Counted from the first letter of the stretch, positions 17,643-28,341 are shown. The stretch: 64,000 bases of DNA from a candidate division FCPU426 bacterium (GCA_040756875.1 JBFLYH010000002.1:318526-382525), one strand, 5' to 3'. Translations and numbers: made by a program. Notes: generated from the sequence alone by a model not told the origin.

Positions 17643-19366
17643 ACGGCGGCCGGAGTTTTAAGCGCGTCCGCGATCATGGCCTGGACCCGGCCGCGGATCT
17701 CGGCCCTGGGCACGAGCGAGACTTCGCCGTTGTCGCGCCGCTTGAGTTCGATCAACCCCTCGGCCGCGTGTTTGCCGAAGGTGAGGCGCAGCGGGATACC
17801 GAGCAGGTCCGCGTCCTTGAACTTGACGCCGGCCCGTTCGTCACGGTCGTCGAGCAGCACTTCCACGCCCGCGGCCTTGAGCTCGGCGTACACCTCCTCG
17901 GCCATGGCGCCGGCCTTCGGGTCCTTGGGCGCGATGGGCAGGAGCACGGCCTGCACCGGTGCCAGGGGCATGGGCCAGATAATGCCCTGGTCGTCGTGGT
18001 TCTGCTCAATGGCCGCGGCCGCGATGCGGGACACGCCGATGCCGTAGCAGCCCATTATGCACAAGCGCTCCTGCCCGGCTTCATCCAGGAAGGAAGCCCG
18101 CATGGCCTGCGAATACTTGAGCCCCAGTTTGAACACATGGCCGACTTCGATGCCCCGCTCGATCGACAGTTCGCCGCCGCAGCGGGGGCAGCGGTCGCCG
18201 GCGCGCGCCGTGCGCACGTCCAGCACCCGCGTGGGCTGGTAATCGCGCCCCGGCACGACCCCGGTCGCGTGCATGTCCGCGGCATTGCCGCCGGTCACCA
18301 GGTTGGAGGCTTGGTCCAGGGAATCGTCCTGGATGATTTCAGAGACGCCGGACAGGCCGAACGGCCCGGCAAAGCCCACGGGCGCGCCCGTGGCCTTGCG
18401 GATCTGTTCGGGCGTGGCTAAGGCCAGATCCTGGCAGCCCAGGGCGTTGCGCAGCTTGATTTCGTTCACTTCGCGGTCGCCGCGGATCACCACGGCCACC
18501 AGTTTGTCGTCCGCCGCATACAGGAGGGTCTTGGCCAGGCGCGTCACCGGCACCTTGAGAAAGGCCGCCACCTCCTCCACCGTATGCTGGCCAGGAGTCT
18601 CGACCAGCCGGCGCTCCTCCGGCTTTTCAGGCGCCGAGGGGTCCGGAATTTTGCCCTGCGCTTTTTCCACGTTGGCCGCGTAGGCGCACTGGCCGCAGCT
18701 CGCGATCGCCTCCTCGCCCGTGTCGGCCAGGACCATGAACTCCGAGGAGAAGGAGCCGCCGATGGCGCCCGGGTCCGCCTCCACGGCCTTGAAGCGCAGG
18801 CCGCAGCGCTTGAAAATCCGGTGGTACGTCTCGTACATCCGGGCGTAGGCCGCCTCGGCGCCGGTTTCGTCGCGGTCGAAGGAATAAGCGTCCTTCATCA
18901 GGAACTCCCGGGCCCGCATCACCCCGAAGCGCGGCCGGATTTCGTCCCTGAACTTGGTGTGGATCTGGTAGCAGTTGAGCGGCAGCTGGCGGTAGGATTT
19001 TACGCTGCGGCGGATGAGGTCCGTGATCACCTCTTCGTGCGTGGGGCCGAGCGCGAACAGGCGCTCGTGCCGGTCCTGCACGCGGAACAGCTCCGCGCCG
19101 TATTTGGCCCAGCGGCCGGTTTCCTGCCACAGCTCGGCGGGCGAGAGGATGGGCAGCATGACTTCCACCGCGCCCGCGGCGTCCATTTCCTCGCGCACGA
19201 TCTGCGCGATCTTGCGGACGGTCCGCCAGCCGAGCGGCAGATAGGAGTACAGGCCGGCGGCCAGTTTCTTGATGAGGCCGGCCCGCAGCATCAGCTGGTG
19301 GCTCACCACCTCGGCCTCGGCCGGCACTTCCTTCAGGGTGTCGATCAGGGTTTGGCTCCAACGCAT
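17639..19366 (-). CDS. proS: Proline-tRNA ligase (bacterial type with INS editing domain)
   Basis: SHQLMLRAG, LGPTHEE, FRDEIRPRFGVMRAREFLMKDAYSF, GIEVGHVFKLG, MGCYGIGVSR. Confidence 0.97.
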   Translation of the reverse strand: MRWSQTLIDTLKEVPAEAEVVSHQLMLRAGLIKKLAAGLYSYLPLGWRTVRKIAQIVREEMDAAGAVEVMLPILSPAELWQETGRWAKYGAELFRVQDRHERLFALGPTHEEVITDLIRRSVKSYRQLPLNCYQIHTKFRDEIRPRFGVMRAREFLMKDAYSFDRDETGAEAAYARMYETYHRIFKRCGLRFKAVEADPGAIGGSFSSEFMVLADTGEEAIASCGQCAYAANVEKAQGKIPDPSAPEKPEERRLVETPGQHTVEEVAAFLKVPVTRLAKTLLYAADDKLVAVVIRGDREVNEIKLRNALGCQDLALATPEQIRKATGAPVGFAGPFGLSGVSEIIQDDSLDQASNLVTGGNAADMHATGVVPGRDYQPTRVLDVRTARAGDRCPRCGGELSIERGIEVGHVFKLGLKYSQAMRASFLDEAGQERLCIMGCYGIGVSRIAAAAIEQNHDDQGIIWPMPLAPVQAVLLPIAPKDPKAGAMAEEVYAELKAAGVEVLLDDRDERAGVKFKDADLLGIPLRLTFGKHAAEGLIELKRRDNGEVSLVPRAEIRGRVQAMIADALKTPAAV

Positions 19367-19491
19367 GGGTCGCAGTTCCTTGGATTGAAAGATGACGCGT
19401 CATCCGCGTTTAAAAAGCGTGGCAATTTTCTCATAAACTCGCGGCCGGGGCAAGCGGCAGAACCTCGCGGCCGGGCGCCGGCTGAGCCGGC

Positions 19492-20673
19492 TTAGTCTTT
19501 CCGGACCGGCGCGGCAAACAGGCGCTTGAGCAGCATGGTGGCGTAGCAGCCGCGCGGCAGGGTGAAGGCAAGGCGCAGGGCCTTGTGCCGGGGATACAGT
19601 TCGTCCGCGAGGGTTTCCGAGGAAACCGCCTCCGGCTTGACGGCCGCCAGGCGCGGTGCGGACTTGAAATACGCCTGGCGCAGGGGAAAACGGCCGAAGT
19701 CCGGCGGCGCGAGCCTGCGCTCGGCCAGCACGTCGGCGTAGATCCGGCCGAGTTCCGCGTCCGGCATGGCTGCCCTGGCGTCGGCCAGCGGCACGTCCAG
19801 GCCCAGCAGGAAGCTGCAGTCTTCCGGCGCGAGCGCGCCGTAAAAGACGTACTCCCCTGCCTTGCCGGTATAGTGCCGCTCGCCCCAGCCCCGCCTTGAC
19901 AGCCAGCGTCGCATGGTTTCGTTCCACACCAGGGACTGGAAGGCGCTCACGGCCAGGGACGCGGTTTCGCGCGAGAGGCGCTGCAAGGCAACGTCCACGT
20001 CCTGGGGCTGTCGCGCGAGCAGCCCGAAGATTTCCCGTTCCCAGCGCGTCTGGGCCAGGGCCAGGCAGGCCGGCCAGTCGCCCCAGGCTTCCCGCAGCTT
20101 GAGCTTCCGTTCCTTGGCGGCCTTGGTGTCTTCCGTGTGGATGCCGGCTGTGAAGATCTTCAGCGCCTCGGAGCGTTCGCCCCGCAGCAGGCGCTCGGCC
20201 GGAGACCCCAGCTCCCGGTCGAACCCGCCGAAACGCTGGTCGTCGAAGTAATTGACGAAGCCCGCGTCAGCCGTGGTTTCCAGCTCGGCCAAGGCGCGCC
20301 GGACGTCGCCGCTGGTCAGGTGGCGGACCGTGACCGCAAAGCGGTTGCCCTGGATCCATTGCGGTCCCATGGGCTGGTCGCTGTAGCCGCGCAATTCAAA
20401 AGTATAATGGGGTTCGGACACGCTGCAGGACCGGCGGTCCTCCACGGTCACCCACTGGCCGGTCAGGCCGTGGCGGTCTTTTTTGCCGCCGTAGGCAAAG
20501 CGGTCATACGGCACCCCGCTGGCCTTGGCGATGCGCTGCAGCGCGTCGGCCGTATTCCAGCCGCGCTTGCTCAGCCAATAGACTGCGAACCGGCCGCGCT
20601 CGGCCAGTGGCAGCGATGCCAGTTCTTCGACCGTAAAATCCTCGGGGCGGCACTTGATTTTGAGTTTTTTCAC
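19492..20673 (-). CDS. truD: tRNA pseudouridine(13) synthase
   Basis: KCRPEDFTVEE, YGGKKDRHGLTGQW, GNRFAVTVR, NYFDDQRFG, FTLPRGCYATM. Confidence 0.9.
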   Translation of the reverse strand: MKKLKIKCRPEDFTVEELASLPLAERGRFAVYWLSKRGWNTADALQRIAKASGVPYDRFAYGGKKDRHGLTGQWVTVEDRRSCSVSEPHYTFELRGYSDQPMGPQWIQGNRFAVTVRHLTSGDVRRALAELETTADAGFVNYFDDQRFGGFDRELGSPAERLLRGERSEALKIFTAGIHTEDTKAAKERKLKLREAWGDWPACLALAQTRWEREIFGLLARQPQDVDVALQRLSRETASLAVSAFQSLVWNETMRRWLSRRGWGERHYTGKAGEYVFYGALAPEDCSFLLGLDVPLADARAAMPDAELGRIYADVLAERRLAPPDFGRFPLRQAYFKSAPRLAAVKPEAVSSETLADELYPRHKALRLAFTLPRGCYATMLLKRLFAAPVRKD

Positions 20674-20859
20674 GGAGCGTCACCCCGGTTAGAATATCCA
20701 GGAACTTCTTTTCGGCCTAAACGCAGCTTTGGCGGCGGCACGGCGAACGTCCCGCCCCGACGGGTTGGACATTGGGACTCCCTTCGGTCGCAACGTTTTA
20801 CTTTCACTCTTACGAACCACAGGTTCGTGTGAAAGTAGTTGCGGGATGAAAACGGAAAA

Positions 20860-21825
20860 TCAGGGAAGCCACTTGCTGGGCGTGAGTTTGATCAGCAGCA
20901 CTTCCTGGTCTTCGCGGCAGGAAACGCAAGCCAGGGATTCGTCCGGCGCAATGGCCAGGGCCCGGGGGTCCCTGCCCACCTTGAGTTCAGCCAGCAGGGC
21001 GCCGGTGTCCGCGGCCTGTACTAGCAGCCGGTCGGCGGTCAGCACGTACAGCCGCCGGCCGTCGGGACCCAGCGCGAAATCGCGTGCGTCCTTGCCCGCG
21101 GGCCAGCTCAGCCCCGCGGATTGGTACAGCGTGTCCACCACCTGCACCCGGCTCTGGGCCGGGACCGCGTCGCGGCCTTCGCACAGGACCAGCAGGCGGT
21201 TGCCGTCGGCCGGCAGCAGCAGGCGCAGCGGGTTGGGCCATACCGCCACGCGCTTCACCACCTGGCCTTCGCTGAGCTTGACCACGGCCACGTCGTTGCT
21301 CTGCCGGTCAGCCACCCACAGAAAATCCTTGCCCGCCTCGCGCGCCAGGTCCCTGGGCTCCTGGCCGGTCTCGATCGCCGGCAGGGGGTTCAAGCCCGCG
21401 AACGGCAGCAGCCGGTTCGTTTCCGCGCACGCCACCCACAGGGAGCGGGTGTCTGTTTCGTCCCACAGCGCGGAAGGCGCGTCCGGCAGGCGCAAGCGGC
21501 CCACGGCCTTCAAGGCTGGCCGTTGCAGAACCAGCAGACTGCGGCTGCCGGAGTCGAGCACGTACAGCTTGTCCTGCCCCTGGCCGAGCACCAGGCGCAA
21601 GGGGCCGCGGCCGGCTGAAGCTTCCGCGGTCTTGCTGCGACGGCCCAGGTCCCAGGCTTCTACGGTCTGTGCGCCTTCGCAGGCTACGTATAATGTGCGG
21701 CTCGTGTCATCCAGGACCAGGCTGGTGGGATCGGCGTTGGTTTCCAGGCGGCCGTGGCCGCCGCACCCGGTGAGGAGAAACAGAACCGCCGGCCAGGCGG
21801 CGGACCAGGGAGATAGCTTCCGCAT
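20860..21825 (-). CDS. YVTN/YncE-like beta-propeller lipoprotein
   Basis: Lipobox LLTGC. Repeated LYVAC/LWVA and GxxP blade motifs. ATG overlaps the ispG stop. Confidence 0.75.
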   Translation of the reverse strand: MRKLSPWSAAWPAVLFLLTGCGGHGRLETNADPTSLVLDDTSRTLYVACEGAQTVEAWDLGRRSKTAEASAGRGPLRLVLGQGQDKLYVLDSGSRSLLVLQRPALKAVGRLRLPDAPSALWDETDTRSLWVACAETNRLLPFAGLNPLPAIETGQEPRDLAREAGKDFLWVADRQSNDVAVVKLSEGQVVKRVAVWPNPLRLLLPADGNRLLVLCEGRDAVPAQSRVQVVDTLYQSAGLSWPAGKDARDFALGPDGRRLYVLTADRLLVQAADTGALLAELKVGRDPRALAIAPDESLACVSCREDQEVLLIKLTPSKWLP

Positions 21826-22919
21826 CAGTGCGTGCCCCTGCCCGGACCCGACGTGCGGATTTTTTTCAATTCCGCCAGCAAAGCCGGTACGGCCTGGGCC
21901 GCGCTGACGCGCCGCAGGGGCTTGCCCTGGGCAAACAGTATAAAGCTGCCGTCCTGCGCACCGGCCAGTCCCGCGTCCGCGTGCCGGGCCTCGCCCGGAC
22001 CGTTGACCACGCAGCCCATGACCGCCACGGTCAGGGGCCGGGGCTCGTCGAGCAGGGCCTGCTCCACTTTTTTCAGGATCCCGAAGAGGTCGCCGGCCGT
22101 GCGGCCGCAGGTCGGGCACGCGATGATGTCCGGCCCGCGCTGGCGCACGCCTGTCGCCGCCAGTATCAGGTTGGCCGCGCGGATTTCGCGCACCGGATCC
22201 GCGGTCAGGGACACACGCAATGTGTCGCCGATGCCCTCCACCAGGAGCGGCGCTAGGCCGGCTGCGGTTTTGATGCTCCCGGCCAGTTCGCCGCCGGCTT
22301 CGGTGATGCCCAGGTGCAGGGGCCAGCGGGTGGTCGCGGCCAGCTGGCGGTAGGCGGCCAGAGAGGCCAGGATATCCGACGCCTTGACCGACAGCACAAT
22401 CTGGCGCAAGCCGGCTTTTTCCAGGGCCAGGGCGTAACGCACCGCGGTTTTGGCCATGAGCCGGCCCAGGGCCGCGGGCGTGGCGGCGCCCTGCCGCCAG
22501 CGTTCGGGCAGCGAACCCGCGTTCACGCCGATGCGCACGGCTACCTTGGCTTTGGCCGCAGCCCGGGCGACGAGGAGCGAACGCTCCAGCCCCAGGTTGC
22601 CGGGATTGATCCGCACCTTGGCCGCGCTCGCGGCAATGGCCGCCAGGGCGAGTTCATGGTCAAAGTGAATGTCCGCGATAACGGGCAGGGGCGAACGGGT
22701 AACGATCCGCGACAGGGCCGCGGCCGCGGCCTTCGTCGGCACGGCCACGCGCACCAGTTCGCAGCCCGCGGCTGCCAGGCGCCTGATCTGCGCCAGGGTG
22801 CGGCCCGCGTCCTCGGTGGGCGTATTGGTCATGGACTGCACCAGCACGGGGGAGCCGTGGCCGAGCACCTGGTTCCCCACCTTCACCAGGCGGGTGACAA
22901 GGCGGGGGGCACGGTTCAA
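21825..22919 (-). CDS. ispG: 4-hydroxy-3-methylbut-2-en-1-yl diphosphate synthase
   Basis: VQSMTNT, PVIADIHF, RINPGN, LHLGITEAG, GIGDTLRVSL, CPTCGR, MGCVVNGPGEA. Confidence 0.96.
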   Translation of the reverse strand: MNRAPRLVTRLVKVGNQVLGHGSPVLVQSMTNTPTEDAGRTLAQIRRLAAAGCELVRVAVPTKAAAAALSRIVTRSPLPVIADIHFDHELALAAIAASAAKVRINPGNLGLERSLLVARAAAKAKVAVRIGVNAGSLPERWRQGAATPAALGRLMAKTAVRYALALEKAGLRQIVLSVKASDILASLAAYRQLAATTRWPLHLGITEAGGELAGSIKTAAGLAPLLVEGIGDTLRVSLTADPVREIRAANLILAATGVRQRGPDIIACPTCGRTAGDLFGILKKVEQALLDEPRPLTVAVMGCVVNGPGEARHADAGLAGAQDGSFILFAQGKPLRRVSAAQAVPALLAELKKIRTSGPGRGTH

Positions 22920-24271
22920 GGAGTGCCTCCCAGGGCGGGCGCCACCAGCTTGTAAATGTCGTTATACGTGGCGAACACCATCAGGGCCACGAGCAGCGCC
23001 AGCCCGATCTGCTGGGACACTTCCTGCACGCGCAGGGACAGCGGCTTGCGCCGGATGCCTTCCAGCAGGAAAAACACCGAGTTGCCGCCGTCCATCACCG
23101 GGATGGGCAGCAGGTTGATGATGCCCAGCATGATGGAGATGCCCGCCAGGAAGAATAAGAAATCCTTGGCGCCGGTGCGCGCCTCCTGGCCGGCCATGCG
23201 CATGATGCTGATCGGCCCGCCCAGGGAATCGCGCGCCGAAATCTGGCCGGTCACCATCTGCCACAGGGAGGACAAAATCATGCGGGTGATGCCCAGGGTC
23301 TGGGTCGCGCCCAGCCCGAACGCCTGGAAAAAGGGATAGCGCACGAGCTGGGTCCGGTCCGAAAACACGAAATTCACGCCGATGACCCCGACTTTGCCCT
23401 CGCCGGGCAGCTGCTGCGCGATGGGCGTGCAGGTCAGTTCAAGCCGGGTCTGGCCCCGCTCGACCGTAAAGCGCGTCGGCTGGCCGGGCCGCGGCCAGAC
23501 CGCCTGCTGAAAATCGTATTTGCTCCACACGGGCTGCCCTTCCACGGCCAGCACGCGGTCTTTTTCCTTGAAGCCCGCCATTTCCGCGGGCGTGCCCACG
23601 TACACGCGGTCAATGAGATTGGAGCCCGCGGCGCCGATGGTGACGCCCAGGCGCAAGCGGCCGGTCTTTTCGTCCCGCTGGGGTGTGAGTTCCAGCGACG
23701 CTTCCTGCCCATGGCGCAGGTAGGTCAAACGCACCGGCTGATTTTCCTGGTCCAGGGCGTTGAGCCGGTCGGAAAACGTCTCCCAGTTGTCCACGGCCTC
23801 GCCGTTTAATGCCGTCAGGATGTCGCCGGCCGCGAGACCTGCGGCCTGGGCCGGCGAACCGGCCTCCACCTGCATGACCTGGGGTTTGGCCAGGGGCGCC
23901 TGAAACCCGATAAAGTACAGCAGGCCCAGCACCAGGACCGCGGTCACCAGGTTGGCCGCCGGCCCGGCGAACAGCACCAGGATGCGGACCCACCACGGCC
24001 GCGAGAAATAATCGCCCTCTTGCGCCTCGCCCACCTGCTTGTCCAGGGCGTCGGTCCCGGCCATGCGCACGTACCCGCCCAGGGGCAGGACCGAGATCAC
24101 GTATTCGGTTTCGCCCCACTTGAAGCCCACCAGCTTGCGGCCGAACCCCAGGGAAAACTTCAGCACGCGGATGCCGGCGGCCTTGGCCACCAGGAAATGT
24201 CCGAGCTCGTGGGCAAAGACCACGATGCCCAGGGCCACCAGGCCGGCAGCCATCATCATCAGGGTTTGCAT
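22916..24271 (-). CDS. rseP: RIP metalloprotease with two PDZ domains
   Basis: HELGH, PLGGYVRM, AGPAAN, NLLPIPVMDGG. Confidence 0.95.
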   Translation of the reverse strand: MQTLMMMAAGLVALGIVVFAHELGHFLVAKAAGIRVLKFSLGFGRKLVGFKWGETEYVISVLPLGGYVRMAGTDALDKQVGEAQEGDYFSRPWWVRILVLFAGPAANLVTAVLVLGLLYFIGFQAPLAKPQVMQVEAGSPAQAAGLAAGDILTALNGEAVDNWETFSDRLNALDQENQPVRLTYLRHGQEASLELTPQRDEKTGRLRLGVTIGAAGSNLIDRVYVGTPAEMAGFKEKDRVLAVEGQPVWSKYDFQQAVWPRPGQPTRFTVERGQTRLELTCTPIAQQLPGEGKVGVIGVNFVFSDRTQLVRYPFFQAFGLGATQTLGITRMILSSLWQMVTGQISARDSLGGPISIMRMAGQEARTGAKDFLFFLAGISIMLGIINLLPIPVMDGGNSVFFLLEGIRRKPLSLRVQEVSQQIGLALLVALMVFATYNDIYKLVAPALGGTP

Positions 24272-25428
24272 GCGATTGCCTCCTCTGCAGCTTGCCGGGC
24301 CCAGGCGTCGGCGGCCAGCGCCGCTTCCAGGGTCAGGGCCCGCGGCGCGGGCCTGCGGGCCAGCACCTGTTTAATGATACGGGGAATGCCGGGAAAGTCA
24401 AGGCGGTGGTCCAGGAAGGCCTGCACCGCCGCTTCGTTGGCCGCGTTCAGCACGGCCGGCGCCGTGCCCCCGGCCCGGCCGGCCTGATAGGCCAGGGCCA
24501 GGCAGGGAAAGCGCCGGGTATCCGGCGGCAGAAACGTCAGCTCGAAACCGCTCTTGAAGTCGAGCGGCGCCACGATCCGCTCCAACCGTTCGGGTTCGGC
24601 CAGCGCGGTCTGGATGGGCAAACGCATGTCCGGGTGCGAAAGCTGGGCCAGCGTGGAGCCGTCGATGAATTCCACCAGAGAGTGGACGATGCTCTGCGGA
24701 TGCACGGCCACCTCGATGCGGTCAAAGGGCACGCCGAACAAATGATGGGCTTCGATGATTTCCAGGCCCTTGTTCATCATGGTGGCCGAATCGATCGTGA
24801 TCTTGGCGCCCATGGACCAGGTGGGATGCCGCAGGGCCTGGGCCACGGTGACGCGCCGCAACCGGGCCTGGGTGTAGCTGCGGAACGGCCCGCCCGAGGC
24901 GGTGAGGATCAAGCGGCGCACCGGCACGCCGGCGTGCCCGCGCAGGCACTGGGCCAGGGCCGCGTGTTCGGAGTCCACGGGCAGGAGCTTCACGCGATGC
25001 TTGCGGACCTCGGCCATGATGGCCGTGCCCGCGGTGACCAGGGTCTCCTTGTTCGCCAGGGCGATGTCCTTGCCCGCGCGGATGGCGTCCAGGGTCGGCA
25101 GCAAGCCGGCCGTGCCCATGAGCGCGGACAGGACCATGTCCGCCGCAGGCCAGGCCGCGGCCTGCCGCAAGCCCTCGGGACCGGCCAACAGCCGGGGCGG
25201 CCGGGCCAGACGGCGCAGGGCCGGCGCGATGCCGCGGGCAGCCGCCGGGTCAGCCAGGGCCACGGCCGCGGGCCGGAAGCGGCGGCACTGTTCGAGCAGC
25301 AGTTTGGCGTTGCGGTTGGCGGCCAGGACCTCGACGCGGAAGCGGCCGGGATGGCGCGCCACCACGTCCAGGGCGGACCGGCCGATGGAACCCGTGGAGC
25401 CGAGCAGGCTCAGGCGTTTGCGTTTCAT
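24259..25428 (-). CDS. dxr: 1-deoxy-D-xylulose-5-phosphate reductoisomerase
   Basis: LGSTGSIG, LANKE, PVDSEH, LTASGGPF, HPTWSMGAKITIDSATMMNKGLE. Confidence 0.96.
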   Translation of the reverse strand: MKRKRLSLLGSTGSIGRSALDVVARHPGRFRVEVLAANRNAKLLLEQCRRFRPAAVALADPAAARGIAPALRRLARPPRLLAGPEGLRQAAAWPAADMVLSALMGTAGLLPTLDAIRAGKDIALANKETLVTAGTAIMAEVRKHRVKLLPVDSEHAALAQCLRGHAGVPVRRLILTASGGPFRSYTQARLRRVTVAQALRHPTWSMGAKITIDSATMMNKGLEIIEAHHLFGVPFDRIEVAVHPQSIVHSLVEFIDGSTLAQLSHPDMRLPIQTALAEPERLERIVAPLDFKSGFELTFLPPDTRRFPCLALAYQAGRAGGTAPAVLNAANEAAVQAFLDHRLDFPGIPRIIKQVLARRPAPRALTLEAALAADAWARQAAEEAIACKP

Positions 25429-26261
25429 GGAAGCTGCATCAGGCAGGCGATGACGTACAGCACCGGCGCGGTGAACAGCAGGTTGTCGATCTTGTCCAGC
25501 AGGCCGCCGTGGCCGGGAATGAGCTGCGAGGCGTCCTTGGTCCCGGCCCAGCGTTTGACCATGGACTCGACCAAATCCCCGGCCTGGGCCAGCAGGCCCA
25601 GCAGCACGCCCAGGCCGATGATGCCGGCCAGCGAGAATCCCAGGTTGCGGCTCACCCACCAAAAATGAACCGCGACCGCGGCCGCCACGTTGACCAGGAG
25701 GCCGGTCACCAGCCCTTCCACGGTTTTGGCCGGCGAAATGGACGGCGCCAGTTTCGTCCGGCCGAAGAGCATGCCGCCGATCATGGCTCCGCTGTCATAA
25801 AGCCAGTTGAAGCCAAACAGCAGGACGATCCAATGGGGCCCCAGGGGCAGGCGGTGGATGAGGAGCACGAAACTGCCGATGCCCGCGATGATCACCAGGG
25901 TCATGATCGCCACGCTGACGCCGGACACGGTGGAGTCCTGGAAACCGGCGAACACCGCTTTCAGGCTCAGGGTCAGCAGGGCGCCCAGGACCAGCAGCCA
26001 CACCATGGCCGCGGCTTCCCAATTCAGCCCTGCCGCCGGTCCGCCGAACCAGCCGGCGGCCAGGCAGACCAGCGTGGTAAAGGCCACCAGCCAGGCGAAA
26101 TCCACGGACAGCCCCCGCCGCCGGGCCAGGGACCCCAGTTCGACGGCCGCGAGGTTGAATCCCAGCAGGGCCAGCAGGAAAAACGGCAGGCGCCCGGGTA
26201 TATAAATGACCCAGACAAACATGGGCAGGAAAATGGCGGCCACCAGCAGTCGTTTAAGCAT
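25425..26261 (-). CDS. cdsA: Phosphatidate cytidylyltransferase
   Basis: SPAKTVEG, GDLVESMVKR...KD...PGHGGLLDKID. Confidence 0.93.
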   Translation of the reverse strand: MLKRLLVAAIFLPMFVWVIYIPGRLPFFLLALLGFNLAAVELGSLARRRGLSVDFAWLVAFTTLVCLAAGWFGGPAAGLNWEAAAMVWLLVLGALLTLSLKAVFAGFQDSTVSGVSVAIMTLVIIAGIGSFVLLIHRLPLGPHWIVLLFGFNWLYDSGAMIGGMLFGRTKLAPSISPAKTVEGLVTGLLVNVAAAVAVHFWWVSRNLGFSLAGIIGLGVLLGLLAQAGDLVESMVKRWAGTKDASQLIPGHGGLLDKIDNLLFTAPVLYVIACLMQLP

Positions 26262-27015
26262 GGCGTTTCACCGTTTGGGGAAGCCTGACCGCCTCCACGC
26301 CGCCGAAGCGGCGCTCCCGGCGCTGGTACTCGGCCAGGGCGGCGACCAGTTCGCGCTCCCCGAAATCAGGCCACAGCACCGGGCTGACCACGATCTCCGC
26401 GTAGGCCAGTTGCCACAGGAGGAAGTTGGAAATGCGGTATTCGCCGGACGTGCGGATCAGCAGGTCCGGGTCCGGAAGGCCGGCGGTGTACAAATGCCGG
26501 CCGAAGGATTCTTCGGTCAGGGGCGTCCGCGCCTTCGCGGCTTTTTTAACCGCGTCCAAAATTTCGCGGCGTCCCCCGTAATTGAAGGCCAGATTGACCT
26601 GCAGACCCTGGTTGTGCGCGGTCGATTTGACGGCCCGGTCGATTTGCGCCAGTACGCGCGGCGGAACGCGGTCCCGCCGGCCCAGGCGCCGCAGCCGCAC
26701 GCCCTGGCGGTTCATCTCCTTCAGTTCGCGGCGCAGGAATTCCAGCAGCAGGTTCATCAGGAAGCTGACCTCGGCAGCCGGCCGTTTCCAGTTTTCCGTG
26801 GAAAAAGCGTAGAGCGTAAGGAAGGGGATGCCCAGTTCCCCGCAGGCGCGGATGACGCGGCGGACCGTGTTCATGCCCGCGCGGTGCCCTTGCACCCGCG
26901 GCAACCCGCGCTGTTTGGCCCAGCGGCCGTTGCCATCCATGATGACGGCGACGTGCTGCGGAAGCCCGGCGGGATCGAGGCCCGCGGCCTGGGGAGTGAG
27001 CTGGGGGGGGTTCAA
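26254..27015 (-). CDS. uppS: Undecaprenyl diphosphate synthase
   Basis: HVAVIMDGNGRWA, FSTENW, NYGGR, RTSGEYRISNFLLWQ. Probable TTG start overlapping the frr stop. Confidence 0.94.
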   Translation of the reverse strand: MNPPQLTPQAAGLDPAGLPQHVAVIMDGNGRWAKQRGLPRVQGHRAGMNTVRRVIRACGELGIPFLTLYAFSTENWKRPAAEVSFLMNLLLEFLRRELKEMNRQGVRLRRLGRRDRVPPRVLAQIDRAVKSTAHNQGLQVNLAFNYGGRREILDAVKKAAKARTPLTEESFGRHLYTAGLPDPDLLIRTSGEYRISNFLLWQLAYAEIVVSPVLWPDFGERELVAALAEYQRRERRFGGVEAVRLPQTVKRHA

Positions 27016-27581
27016 ACCTCCATCAATTCCTTTTCCTTGTGCTGGGTGAGCGCGTCCACCTGCTTGATGAAATCGTCGGTCAGCTTCTGGATGCGCCCCT
27101 CGGCCGATTTCTCGTCGTCCTCGCCGAGCTGTTTGTCCTTCTTGAGGGTTTTCAGGGATTCCATGCTCTTGCGGCGGTGGTTGCGCAGCTCCACTTTGAT
27201 GTCCTCGGCGAGCTTCTGGACATGCTTGACCAGTTCCTTGCGCCGCTCCTCGGTGAGCGCGGGGAAGGAAAGGCGGATCACCTTGCCGTCGTTGATCGGC
27301 GTGAGGCCGAGGTTGGCCTTCAGCAGCGTGCGTTCGATTTCCCCCAGCACGCTTACGTCCCACGGCTTGATTTCGAGGGTTTTGGCGTCCGGCGTTACGA
27401 TGGTGGCCACCTGGTTGATGGGCATCTGGCTGTTGTAGTACTCCACCCGGATGCCTTCGAGGATGGCGGCCGAGGCGCGCCCGGTGCGCACGGCGAGAAA
27501 TTCCCGTTTAAGCGCTTCCAGCGCCTTGGTCATGCGTTCCTGGGTGTCATGTTGAATGTCTTGCAGGGGATTTGCCGTCAT
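27012..27581 (-). CDS. frr: Ribosome recycling factor
   Basis: RTGRAS, NLGLTPINDG, PALTEERRKELVK. Confidence 0.96.
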   Translation of the reverse strand: MTANPLQDIQHDTQERMTKALEALKREFLAVRTGRASAAILEGIRVEYYNSQMPINQVATIVTPDAKTLEIKPWDVSVLGEIERTLLKANLGLTPINDGKVIRLSFPALTEERRKELVKHVQKLAEDIKVELRNHRRKSMESLKTLKKDKQLGEDDEKSAEGRIQKLTDDFIKQVDALTQHKEKELMEV

Positions 27582-27606
27582 GCGAACACCTCCGGTTCGA
27601 AGCAGC

Positions 27607-28341
27607 CTATTGAACCAGCGTGCCGATCGGTTTGCCGGACACCGCCAGACGGATGTTTTCCCGCCGGTTCAAATTGAAAACGATGATCGGCAGCTGGTTG
27701 TCCATGCACAGCGAGATCGCCGTGGAATCCATCACTTGCAGGCGCCGCTGGAGTACGTCCATGTATTTTAATTCCCGGTGAAACTCCGCTTTGGGGTTCC
27801 GGCGCGGATCGTCCGAATAAACGCCGTCCACGTTGGTGGCTTTCAGGATCACATCCGCCTTGATTTCCACCGCGCGCAGGGCGGCCGCGGTGTCCGTGGA
27901 AAAATAGGGGTTGCCGGTGCCGGCCGCGAAAATGACCACCCGGCCCTTTTCCAAATGCCGGATGGCGCGGCGCCGGATGAACGGCTCGGCCAGTTTCTGC
28001 ATTTCGATGGCGGTTTGGACGCGGGTGGGCACGCCCGCCCGTTCCAGGCTGTCCTGCATGGCCAGCGAGTTGATCACTGTGGCCAGCATGCCCATATAAT
28101 CCGCAGCCACCCGGTCCATGCCGCGCGATTCGGCGAGCGACCCCCGCAGAATGTTGCCGCCGCCCAGCACCAGGGCGACCTGCACGCCGCTCTTGACCAC
28201 GGCGCGGACCTGCGCGGCGATATCCTGCAGCGTCTGCTGGTTCAGGCCAAAACGCTCCGGCCCGGATAGGGCCTCGCCCGACAGCTTGAGCAGGACCCGC
28301 CGGTATTTGCCTGGACGACGCCGAGCGCTCGGCCCGGGCAT
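27607..28341 (-). CDS. pyrH: UMP kinase
   Basis: [35 protein letters not shown]. Confidence 0.96.
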   Translation of the reverse strand: MPGPSARRRPGKYRRVLLKLSGEALSGPERFGLNQQTLQDIAAQVRAVVKSGVQVALVLGGGNILRGSLAESRGMDRVAADYMGMLATVINSLAMQDSLERAGVPTRVQTAIEMQKLAEPFIRRRAIRHLEKGRVVIFAAGTGNPYFSTDTAAALRAVEIKADVILKATNVDGVYSDDPRRNPKAEFHRELKYMDVLQRRLQVMDSTAISLCMDNQLPIIVFNLNRRENIRLAVSGKPIGTLVQ

